Origin: Candidatus Saccharimonadia bacterium
GTDB taxonomy: Bacteria > Patescibacteriota > Saccharimonadia > CAILAD01 > BJGX01
Reading direction: 5' to 3'
Assembly (NCBI GenBank): GCA_039738615.1
Contig: JBCLLP010000001.1
Coordinates: 3,573-67,572 of the forward strand
DNA: 64,000 nucleotides
Under the pieces are notes generated by a model, which was not told the origin of the DNA, did no database searches, and worked only from the letters and a program-made list of their open reading frames with translations. The position numbers and the translations under genes were made by a program. Of the stretch, positions 39,543-47,683 are shown piece after piece (position 1 is the stretch's first letter; each line of letters opens with the position of its first letter).

Positions 39543-40784
39543 TTACAGAGACTTGAGCGCCTGGATAGGACTCTTTTTAGCAGCTTTTAGGGCTGGGGCT
39601 GTTCCAAACACTACTCCGACAAACAAACTAACGCCTATCGCTACCAAAAGAGCTTTAATGCTATATATGGGCGTGATACCAGTTAGCCTTTTAATAACAA
39701 ACCCTGCTATATAGGATAAGCCTAGCCCTAGTAGCCCGCCAATGAGTGAAATTATAATTGATTCTGTCATAAATTGGCCCATAATATCCCCAAAAGTAGC
39801 GCCTAGGGCCTTGCGAATACCAATCTCCCTGGTCCGTTCTGTCACAGTTACCAGCATAATATTCATAATCCCTATCCCACCTACTATCAGGCTAATAGCA
39901 GCTATCGCCACCACAAAAGTAGTAAGAATATTCAAAATACTATCAAAGGCTCCAAGCAATTCTTCCTGCGATAGCACACTAAAGTCATCACTGCCCATGT
40001 GATTTGCTTTAATAGACTGGTCTAGCGAGCTCTTTACGGAAGCTACATTTCCAGCGTCATTAACCTGCACAATAATTCTATAAATATCATTTTTACCAAT
40101 CAACTCTGTGGCGGTGTTAGTTGGGATATACACAATATCGTCAGAGGCTGCCCCAAAGCTAAGGCCACCATCAACCTTAGCAGTTACTCCGATAATTTTA
40201 AATTCCTTGCCTCTCATCGTGATGGTTTTACCGATAGGGTCTTGATCGCCAAAAACATTGTCCTTTGTAGCTGAGCCAATAACTGCCACATAGCTAGAGT
40301 TTTTATTATCTTCATTGGTAAAGAAGTTGCCATTAGCTAGCTTGGTGCTACGAATACTAAAATAACTCGAGTCAGTAGCAGTCACAAAAGCAGTGCTACT
40401 ATTGAGTGTGCCCCTAGTAATAGAAGATGAAATAATACTTAATGTTGCTACATCTACAACATCGCTTGTTTGTCGAGCTGTTTGGGCATCTTGCTGGGTG
40501 AGCGTGCTAGCTCCTAGGCTACTACCAAGGCTAATACCAGCTGACCTCTGTTGCTGGCCATTTCGCGCTGTGCTAGACTGTCCAATCTTACCTGATGCAA
40601 TAGTTAATACATTAGTGCCAAGGCTAGAAACCTGACCACCTACCTGGGCCTTAACGCCATCGCCAACACCTACCATCACCAATACCGCGAAGACACCTAT
40701 AGCTACCCCTAGTGCAGTCAAAAAAGAGCGCATTTTGGCAGATCTAATAGACTGCAGAGCTGTTTTGATATCTTGCCAAATCAT
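39543..40784 (-). CDS. ABC transporter permease, MacB/FtsX-like
   Basis: An N-terminal TM helix, a large extracytoplasmic domain and three C-terminal TM helices are present (FtsX-type fold). Confidence 0.7.
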   Translation of the reverse strand: MIWQDIKTALQSIRSAKMRSFLTALGVAIGVFAVLVMVGVGDGVKAQVGGQVSSLGTNVLTIASGKIGQSSTARNGQQQRSAGISLGSSLGASTLTQQDAQTARQTSDVVDVATLSIISSSITRGTLNSSTAFVTATDSSYFSIRSTKLANGNFFTNEDNKNSSYVAVIGSATKDNVFGDQDPIGKTITMRGKEFKIIGVTAKVDGGLSFGAASDDIVYIPTNTATELIGKNDIYRIIVQVNDAGNVASVKSSLDQSIKANHMGSDDFSVLSQEELLGAFDSILNILTTFVVAIAAISLIVGGIGIMNIMLVTVTERTREIGIRKALGATFGDIMGQFMTESIIISLIGGLLGLGLSYIAGFVIKRLTGITPIYSIKALLVAIGVSLFVGVVFGTAPALKAAKKSPIQALKSL

Positions 40785-41482
40785 TACTTAACCTCCGTTA
40801 TTTTCAAATGTCCATCTCTGACTACAACAGTTCTGTCGGCATAGGCACTGACTTCGGGATTATGGGTGACTACTACAATAGTTACGCCTTTTTTATTGAG
40901 ATGTTTTAGCAATTCCATTATTTCGGCGCCTGTTTTCGTGTCAAGATTACCTGTAGGCTCATCTGCTAAAATTATACTTGGGTTATTTACAAGGGCTCTA
41001 GCTATGGCTGCTCTTTGAGCCTGCCCACCACTTATTCTATTGGGGCGATTATTAATCTTATCTAGAATACCGACCATCGAAAGCACTTCCTCAACTCGTT
41101 TTTTACGCACTTTGGCCGGCACTCTTTTATAAACTAGTGGCATCTCCACATTTTGTAATATAGTTAAGCGAGGTAGTAAATTAAATACCTGGAATATAAA
41201 TCCTATCTTGTCACGACGCAGCCCAGCTAGCTCTTTATGATTTAATAGATTAGTATCCACCCCATCTAGGGTATAATCACCCTTGCTTGGCCTGTCCAGC
41301 AACCCAATAATATTCATTAGTGTTGACTTACCAGATCCAGATGGACCCATAATAGCCAAAAACTCCCCTTCCTTAATTACTAGATATACGCTTTTAAGGG
41401 CATCATAAATACCAGCATCATCATCGTAACGCTTCGAGAGGTTAGCTAGCTCTATAACTACCTTGGTATTAGTTTTTGGCAT
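40784..41482 (-). CDS. ABC transporter ATP-binding protein (MacB-type NBD)
   Basis: Walker A GPSGSGKST, signature LSGGQAQR and Walker B ILADEPT are present. Confidence 0.85.
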   Translation of the reverse strand: MPKTNTKVVIELANLSKRYDDDAGIYDALKSVYLVIKEGEFLAIMGPSGSGKSTLMNIIGLLDRPSKGDYTLDGVDTNLLNHKELAGLRRDKIGFIFQVFNLLPRLTILQNVEMPLVYKRVPAKVRKKRVEEVLSMVGILDKINNRPNRISGGQAQRAAIARALVNNPSIILADEPTGNLDTKTGAEIMELLKHLNKKGVTIVVVTHNPEVSAYADRTVVVRDGHLKITEVK

Positions 41483-42914
41483 ATATCAAACTCATCAGTA
41501 AATCCCTGTCTACTTTTTTATTATACACAACTCCAGCGTCAGTGGATATCAAATCATTCTTATTAGAAGCATTAAGCTGCCAGTCCTTGGGAGTTTTTAC
41601 GACATTATGGAGCTGGTATGGCCAGCCCCCATTCTGGATTTGGATATAGCTATTATAAGCTATCAGCCCAGATGTGGTGAGCCTATAAGGCAGACGATAG
41701 CTAAAGCTATATTCAGATGACACTAATGGGTCTAGCTCGCTATTAAAGCTATATATATCATAGCCGTGCTCCTTACCATCAGAGCTGATAGCCACGGTGG
41801 CATTGGCTGTATCTAGCTTTGAGTTAGCAGGCAGGGCAAATTTCATACTACTTTTATTAGGTTTTACTAGATAAGTTAGGCCCTTATTTACCGGATCTAC
41901 GTATTCATATGACTGTACTAGCGTCTGGGTACGAATAATCTTAACAGTAATATTAATACTCCCATCGGGGGAGATAGCTATGGATCGCTCAAGTTTTCTT
42001 TCTATAAAGGCGTTACTTTTATCCACGCTATAATTGCTCTCCGATAGCAAAAAGTAATCTGCTCCAAATCCAACCATAGATCCGTCATAGGCTAGATTAG
42101 TAAGGCTCCTGGATAATTCGTAGCTACCAGTATAAATTAGGATTTGTCGGCTAGCTAGAAGATCCCCAATACCTCCTGCCAGGCTAGCTAGCTCTCCAAC
42201 ACTTTTCTTGCTAAGCCTACCAATGAGCTCATTACCAACACTAGTAAGGACTGTCTTGGGGTCTTTCCTGTCCACTTTATCCTGCCCAAACTCAATCTCT
42301 TGCTGGAGAGACTCGGTGATATTATCGGCAGTAATCGTCAAATTATAGTCATTAAGCCTAATTGGACCAGTAGCTGTGATTAAATACTTCAATATATCAG
42401 GCGTTAAGCCTATTACTATGTCCACCGACTTGCCTGATTCAAGCTCAAAAACATTCTTGGCTCTCTTGGCATTAGTAGGCCAATCAAGATTAATTCCGCT
42501 ATCTCTTAAATTGTATAACACGCTACTGCCATTGTTCGGGTCAGTTTCACGATAATCTACTTCGGCAAATTTGTAATCATAATAATACACCGATCGAACC
42601 GGCTCAGGCGTAACTTTGCCCTTGTCTATATTAACATAGCCAATTGTTCCAATAAACCCCCCGCCGTGCCGTGCCTCGGAGTTATTCATAAATAAGATTA
42701 AAATATTTTTACTACTATTTACCCCTAACAAATTCTCAGTCACAATCTTATAATCGTTAATTTTCGTTGTTTTATTCACAACTTTATTAATGATTCCCTG
42801 CGAATTAACTATGATAAAATACAACGCGAATATAATAGCACTTACGGCTACCGTTTTGGCGAGTCTGCTAAATGTTACTGATTTTCTCAAATACAAACCC
42901 TCCGAACTCATCAA
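41469..42914 (-). CDS. Membrane-anchored extracytoplasmic protein, possibly DUF4012-like (tentative)
   Basis: An N-terminal TM helix is followed by 430 aa with no catalytic motif I recognise. It overlaps both neighbouring genes of the polysaccharide-type operon. Confidence 0.35.
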   Translation of the reverse strand: MMSSEGLYLRKSVTFSRLAKTVAVSAIIFALYFIIVNSQGIINKVVNKTTKINDYKIVTENLLGVNSSKNILILFMNNSEARHGGGFIGTIGYVNIDKGKVTPEPVRSVYYYDYKFAEVDYRETDPNNGSSVLYNLRDSGINLDWPTNAKRAKNVFELESGKSVDIVIGLTPDILKYLITATGPIRLNDYNLTITADNITESLQQEIEFGQDKVDRKDPKTVLTSVGNELIGRLSKKSVGELASLAGGIGDLLASRQILIYTGSYELSRSLTNLAYDGSMVGFGADYFLLSESNYSVDKSNAFIERKLERSIAISPDGSINITVKIIRTQTLVQSYEYVDPVNKGLTYLVKPNKSSMKFALPANSKLDTANATVAISSDGKEHGYDIYSFNSELDPLVSSEYSFSYRLPYRLTTSGLIAYNSYIQIQNGGWPYQLHNVVKTPKDWQLNASNKNDLISTDAGVVYNKKVDRDLLMSLIYAKN

Positions 42915-44004
42915 TAAATCGTTGCTCAGAAAAATCCTCGGCTCTCTTTTGCATATCAGCTTTATAAAGGCTCAAGGTATTAAACTTCTGGATGGCTGTG
43001 ATGAGGCTCTGAGCGGTTTGTACGGGATGATACACTCCTGTAACCCCATCTATTACCGTCTCGGTAGCTCCTCCCTTACCGTAACAAATCACAGGGGTGC
43101 CTGACGCCATCGCTTCAACAGGTGTAATACCAAAGTCTTCTTCTGCGGAGAATATAAGAGCCTTAGCCTCCCCATAGAGCCGCTCAATATCCTTATCAGA
43201 TGGATTATCAATAAATTTGATAGTCTTGCCAGCCATTTTTTTAAGCCGTTTAGACTCTGGCCCCCGACCTGCCACAACTAAATCCAGCCCCAACTCATTG
43301 CAGGCTTCGATGGCCAAATCCACTCTCTTATAAGGAACTAGCCTAGAAACTACCAGATAATACGGCTTACTAGCCTGGGGCTTTGAAGTAAACCTATCAA
43401 TACTTACAGGAGGGGTAATGACTTTACTCGCTCTGTCATAATATTTATTTATTCTTAACGATACAGTCTTTGAGATTGCTACTAGATAGTCGGGGCGTTG
43501 GGCTGCAGCATAATCCCAGTTCCGTAATTTTTTAATCATAACGGGCAATACGAGCCTTACTAAAGGATTGAGCACCCCTAGCCCCGGCTGGGCAAGATAG
43601 TCGTAATAGCCACCCCAGTAGTATCGTACTGGGGTGTAGATGTAGCTTATATGTAGGGTCTCAGTAGGGGTAATAACTCCTTTTGACTCAGCACTACAGC
43701 TCGATATCACTAAATCATAATCACTTAAATCTAGGCTTTCAAAAGCCAGTGGCCTTAACCCTGCAAACAATTGATGTTTGGACTTTGCTAGTGGCCAGTT
43801 CTGTAAAAAAGTAGTATGCACCTGATGTTTTTTGAAAATTTTAATTTTATCTGGGTTATACACACTCGTATATAATTCAGCCTGGGGAAAGAGCTTAGTT
43901 AAGCTCTCCACAACTCGCTCTCCACCACCTAGGCCTATTAGCCAGTCATGCACTATCGCAACCTTCAGGCCAGACAGCTGGTGCTTATACTCCATTACGC
44001 CCAA
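42868..44004 (-). CDS. Glycosyltransferase family 4
   Basis: The N-terminus VAIVHDWLIGLGGGERV is a typical GT4 N-domain. The C-terminal region FGITPVEAMASGTPVI matches the GT4 acceptor/donor motif. Confidence 0.75.
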   Translation of the reverse strand: MGVMEYKHQLSGLKVAIVHDWLIGLGGGERVVESLTKLFPQAELYTSVYNPDKIKIFKKHQVHTTFLQNWPLAKSKHQLFAGLRPLAFESLDLSDYDLVISSCSAESKGVITPTETLHISYIYTPVRYYWGGYYDYLAQPGLGVLNPLVRLVLPVMIKKLRNWDYAAAQRPDYLVAISKTVSLRINKYYDRASKVITPPVSIDRFTSKPQASKPYYLVVSRLVPYKRVDLAIEACNELGLDLVVAGRGPESKRLKKMAGKTIKFIDNPSDKDIERLYGEAKALIFSAEEDFGITPVEAMASGTPVICYGKGGATETVIDGVTGVYHPVQTAQSLITAIQKFNTLSLYKADMQKRAEDFSEQRFIDEFGGFVFEKISNI

Positions 44005-45406
44005 ACACCACCTGCCAAGCAGTCTTTGCTAATATATTGATATCCATCCAAACCGTCCAGTTCTCGATATAGAACAAATTAAGCTTGGTCCTGTCGGCGT
44101 ACTCTAGCTCACTCCTACCCGATACCTGCCAAAGCCCTGTAATACCTGGGCGTATCATAACAATCTGGGCTAGCTTCTTCTCGCCCCCTACTAAACCCAG
44201 CTCCGACTCAGGCAAAGGCCTGGGACCTACCAGGCTCAAATCTCCCTTTAGAACATTGAATAGCTGGGGTAGCTCATCAAGGCTAGTCCTACGCATAAAT
44301 CTACCAAATCTACTAACCCTAGGATCATCCTTAATTTTAGCGTTACGAACAAATTCATCAGCCTTGTCCTTAGGGAGTGTCTTAAGCACATCCTCAATGG
44401 TCCTACCGCCAAACTTTGGCCCCAAGCTATATTCTGCCTTCATAGTCCTAAATTTATAGACATTTATTTTGCTTCCGCTTCGTCCGTAGCACTCGTGGAA
44501 GTATAAGGCAGGTCCAGGCTCACTGAGCCGTATAACGATATAGATTACCATCTGTAAAGGTAAAGATAGCAGTGTAATTATCGTTGTTATTACTACATCG
44601 AATATTCTTTTAAACACCCTCCCCCAGCCCTCTAGCGGTGTTGGCCTGAGTTCTAGCACAGGTATAGATCCAATCTGACTAGAAATAATCTTGGAGGTAT
44701 AAATCCCCGTGATAGTAGGAGCAAATTGATATCCGATATGATGCTGTTGGCAAAACGATAAGATTTCTAGCAATCTAGCTTCGTTAGGGGTGTCATCGGA
44801 GACCATCACTACATCTATTGGCCTAGATTCTAGTAGTTTTTCTAGCTTCCCAGTAGTAACATCGCTAAGGGTGGCAACACTAGCTACTACCTGATAGCGT
44901 CTCTTGAACTGCTTAAGTGCGGCCCTTAGCTCTACTGCCGACTGGCCACTACCAATGAATAAAACTCTATATACACCAATTCCTTGGCGTGCTAGGAGTT
45001 TTTGAACGATAGTCATTACGATTCGCCCCAAGCTTACCAGCGCTATCGCAAAAATAAACCCATAAATGGGTATGATTTTGGCAGGAAAGATAGCATCAGT
45101 ACCCAAAAAATCCACAAGTATTAACACCATCACTCCAGCCGAGCAAGCTGCCACTATCTTACCGATATCAATCCAATTACCTCTATCAGACCTGATACGA
45201 TAGAGGCCAACCATAGCAAATACCACTAGCCACAGGGGCAGGAATAGTATCATAAAATCAAGGTAGGTATAGCCAGGCACCGCTATCGAGAAGGGCTTAC
45301 CACTGCCCTCACGAACAAGATAAGCCAATACAAAGCTAATCACCAGCATTGCATAGTCAACTGGTACCTGTAGGGCTGCCATAAGAAGTTCGCTGCGTTT
45401 TCTCAT
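43985..45406 (-). CDS. Polyprenyl-phosphate hexose-1-phosphate transferase (bacterial sugar transferase, WcaJ/CpsE-like)
   Basis: Several N-terminal TM helices are present. The C-terminal DELPQLFNVLKGDLSLVGPRP block is the hallmark of bacterial sugar transferases. Confidence 0.85.
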   Translation of the reverse strand: MRKRSELLMAALQVPVDYAMLVISFVLAYLVREGSGKPFSIAVPGYTYLDFMILFLPLWLVVFAMVGLYRIRSDRGNWIDIGKIVAACSAGVMVLILVDFLGTDAIFPAKIIPIYGFIFAIALVSLGRIVMTIVQKLLARQGIGVYRVLFIGSGQSAVELRAALKQFKRRYQVVASVATLSDVTTGKLEKLLESRPIDVVMVSDDTPNEARLLEILSFCQQHHIGYQFAPTITGIYTSKIISSQIGSIPVLELRPTPLEGWGRVFKRIFDVVITTIITLLSLPLQMVIYIVIRLSEPGPALYFHECYGRSGSKINVYKFRTMKAEYSLGPKFGGRTIEDVLKTLPKDKADEFVRNAKIKDDPRVSRFGRFMRRTSLDELPQLFNVLKGDLSLVGPRPLPESELGLVGGEKKLAQIVMIRPGITGLWQVSGRSELEYADRTKLNLFYIENWTVWMDINILAKTAWQVVFGRNGV

Positions 45407-45469
45407 AATATTATTGTATCATCTTAATAAATAACATTCGCCTTTAATAAATCAAGCGAATGTTATTTA

Positions 45470-46027
45470 AGTACTACAAGCTAGCTATAAGCCGAATTTT
45501 GTTCCCCTCATCACAGAATTCAAACATAAACTTATGTGGTGAGGGGTGATGACCATCTATCTTAAGCTAGCAAAAATGCTAGCAGACCTGTGCGTACTGC
45601 ACATGGTGCGATATACCCCAAATAAGACGAGAAGTCTCTCCGCCTAAACGGAAGGGCCCATAATCTTGCAGCCGGTAGGGTTTACCTCCCCTGATAATCA
45701 CTTACCAGAACTGGGGGCTCTTAACCCACTCTTTTCACCCTTACCCAGCCATTTCAACACTTCGCTAGCAGTCAATCATACCTATAAAAAATTAACTTGT
45801 AATCTATTAGGATATCAAAGCGCTGAAATGGCTGGGCGGTATAGTCTCTGTGGCACTTTCCCGAGGATTACTCCTGGTCGCAATTAACGACTACCGTACT
45901 CTATGCTGTTCGGACTTTCCTCCCAGCCATTTCAAGGATTATTTTAGCAACTCTTCTTGCGATATATCCTACAATACCGGTGATAGTAACTAGCTATAAT
46001 CACTAAAATAGCTGGGCGGTCATCCGC
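45470..46027 (-). ncRNA. rnpB: RNase P RNA, bacterial type A, with an extended P9-like helix
   Basis: On the minus strand: GGAGGAAAGUCCGAAC (P4 5' strand), CAUAGAGUACGG, ACCAGGAG...CUCGGGAAAGUGCCACAGAGA, GGUAAGGGUGAAAAGAGUGGGUUAAGAGCCCCCAG (P10/P11/P12 region), GGUAAACCCUACCGGCUGCAAG and ACAAAAUUCGGCUUAU (P4 3' strand). A TAGACA-17-TATAAT promoter sits at plus 46035-46063, and a hairpin plus U-run terminator at about 45428-45468. Confidence 0.8.
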
Positions 46028-46070
46028 TAGCTCATAGTAACAATATTATACTATATTTAATATTTTTTGT

Positions 46071-46481
46071 CTATTTAAGGCTATCTAATACTTGATTTAC
46101 TACTGCATCGGCTTGCTTGTTGTCTTCTCGATATACATGAGTGTAAGTTACCTCAATACCTTGTGCTAATTCCCTAATCTTAGCATTAAGAATTTTGATA
46201 TTATCGTTTTTGACTCTATATATACCATTGAGCTGCTTGACCACTAGCTCGCTATCCAAATAAAAGTCGGCTTGTAGCACGCCCATAGCCTTAAGCCTAT
46301 CCATAGCCACCACTACAGCGCTATACTCAGCATAATTATTGGTCTGTACGCCTAGAAACTTACCTATTTCTTCAATTATCTCACCCTTAGGGGATTTAAT
46401 AACGACTCCTAACGCAGAAGGCCCGGGATTACCCCTAGATCCACCGTCACAATAGACAATGACTTTGGCTATTTTATCCAT
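46071..46481 (-). CDS. rnhA: Ribonuclease HI
   Basis: The N-terminal VYCDGGSRGNPGPSA block and DEDD-type catalytic residues are present, with RNase H-like overall length. Confidence 0.75.
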   Translation of the reverse strand: MDKIAKVIVYCDGGSRGNPGPSALGVVIKSPKGEIIEEIGKFLGVQTNNYAEYSAVVVAMDRLKAMGVLQADFYLDSELVVKQLNGIYRVKNDNIKILNAKIRELAQGIEVTYTHVYREDNKQADAVVNQVLDSLK

Positions 46482-47265
46482 TTTTTGCTCTTAATAGCCA
46501 GATACTAATCACCGATAAGCCCAATACTACCCTATAAATTACAAATACCAGCAGTGAATGCTTTTTAAGATAACTAAGTAGCCAAGCTATAACTGCTATC
46601 CCAATACCAAAGGCAATAATTATACCTAGAACCGTCATCCCTACTGACACTCCTGTGCTTGGCTCAGAAATTATTTGGGTAAATTTATAAAGCCCCGCCC
46701 CCAATGATATCGGTGTGGCCAACAAAAAGCTAAAGCGCGCCGCAGACTCCCTGTTGAGCCCTAGGTACTCCCCTGCTGTGATTGTTATCCCAGATCTAGA
46801 AGTACCGGGAATTAGAGCCAAGACTTGAGCAAAACCAATAAACAATGCTCTTTTCTTACTGATATGGTTCAAATCCTTATCTAACTTGGCCTTACGATCG
46901 ACATAATACATTAATATTCCAAAAAAAATAATGCCCAACCCGATGACCAGTGCGGCATAGCTAGACTGATGAAAGTACTTGTCGATAAGCTTATCACCTA
47001 AGAAACCAGCTATGGCAGCTGGGACTGAAGCGATAACTATATACCATAGCAACTTATCACGCCTCTTAAACAGTCCATAAAAGTCCTTCCAGAAAAACAC
47101 CAGTAACGCTAGGGCCGTACCAATATGAATTGCCGCATCAAAAGACAAGCCTGGGTTTGGCAAATTAAAAGCCCACGGCAATAAAAACAAATGAGCAGAG
47201 CTAGAAATAGGCAAAAACTCGGTAATTCCTTGTAGTATAGCCAGCGTAACGACCACAACTACCAT
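46474..47265 (-). CDS. uppP: Undecaprenyl-diphosphatase (BacA/UppP)
   Basis: LQGITEFLPISSSAHL and PGTSRSG are the characteristic BacA motifs. Confidence 0.9.
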   Translation of the reverse strand: MVVVVVTLAILQGITEFLPISSSAHLFLLPWAFNLPNPGLSFDAAIHIGTALALLVFFWKDFYGLFKRRDKLLWYIVIASVPAAIAGFLGDKLIDKYFHQSSYAALVIGLGIIFFGILMYYVDRKAKLDKDLNHISKKRALFIGFAQVLALIPGTSRSGITITAGEYLGLNRESAARFSFLLATPISLGAGLYKFTQIISEPSTGVSVGMTVLGIIIAFGIGIAVIAWLLSYLKKHSLLVFVIYRVVLGLSVISIWLLRAKNG

Positions 47266-47678
47266 AGCTTAACTCCCCCTACCTTCTTGATATACCCCTC
47301 AAACTTTTCTGCCTCAACGACTCTCTGGGCTAGGCTGGCTGGCTTAGCATTGGTATGGTCAACATCAGCAATAGCGAATAATGAAAAAATGTGTATGTGA
47401 ATATGTGGAACATCAAAGCCCACCGCCATTAAGCTTACTTTTGGTGGATTATAAATTATCTTGGTAGCTCTACCAAAGAACTGTGCTACAGTCATTAAAT
47501 GTGTAAAGTCGGCGCTACCGAACTCCTGCCAATCAGCCACTTCAACAATTGGAATAATTAGTAGATGACCTGGATTGTGAGGCATATTTGTAAGCATTAC
47601 AAAACACTTATCATCCTCAAAAAGCACTCTTCCGGGCAATTCTTGTAGTCTGATTTTAGTAAAGATAGATTGCGACAT
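47259..47678 (-). CDS. HIT family protein
   Basis: Histidine triad HIHIHIF is near the C-terminus, preceded by NPGHLLIIP. Confidence 0.75.
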   Translation of the reverse strand: MSQSIFTKIRLQELPGRVLFEDDKCFVMLTNMPHNPGHLLIIPIVEVADWQEFGSADFTHLMTVAQFFGRATKIIYNPPKVSLMAVGFDVPHIHIHIFSLFAIADVDHTNAKPASLAQRVVEAEKFEGYIKKVGGVKLW

Positions 47679-47683
47679 AGCCC

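Noticed and set aside
45666-45887. 73-aa plus-strand ORF in the 660-nt gap between the sugar transferase and rnhA
   Set aside because: It lies entirely inside the RNase P RNA gene on the opposite strand, and its composition reflects the RNA gene.
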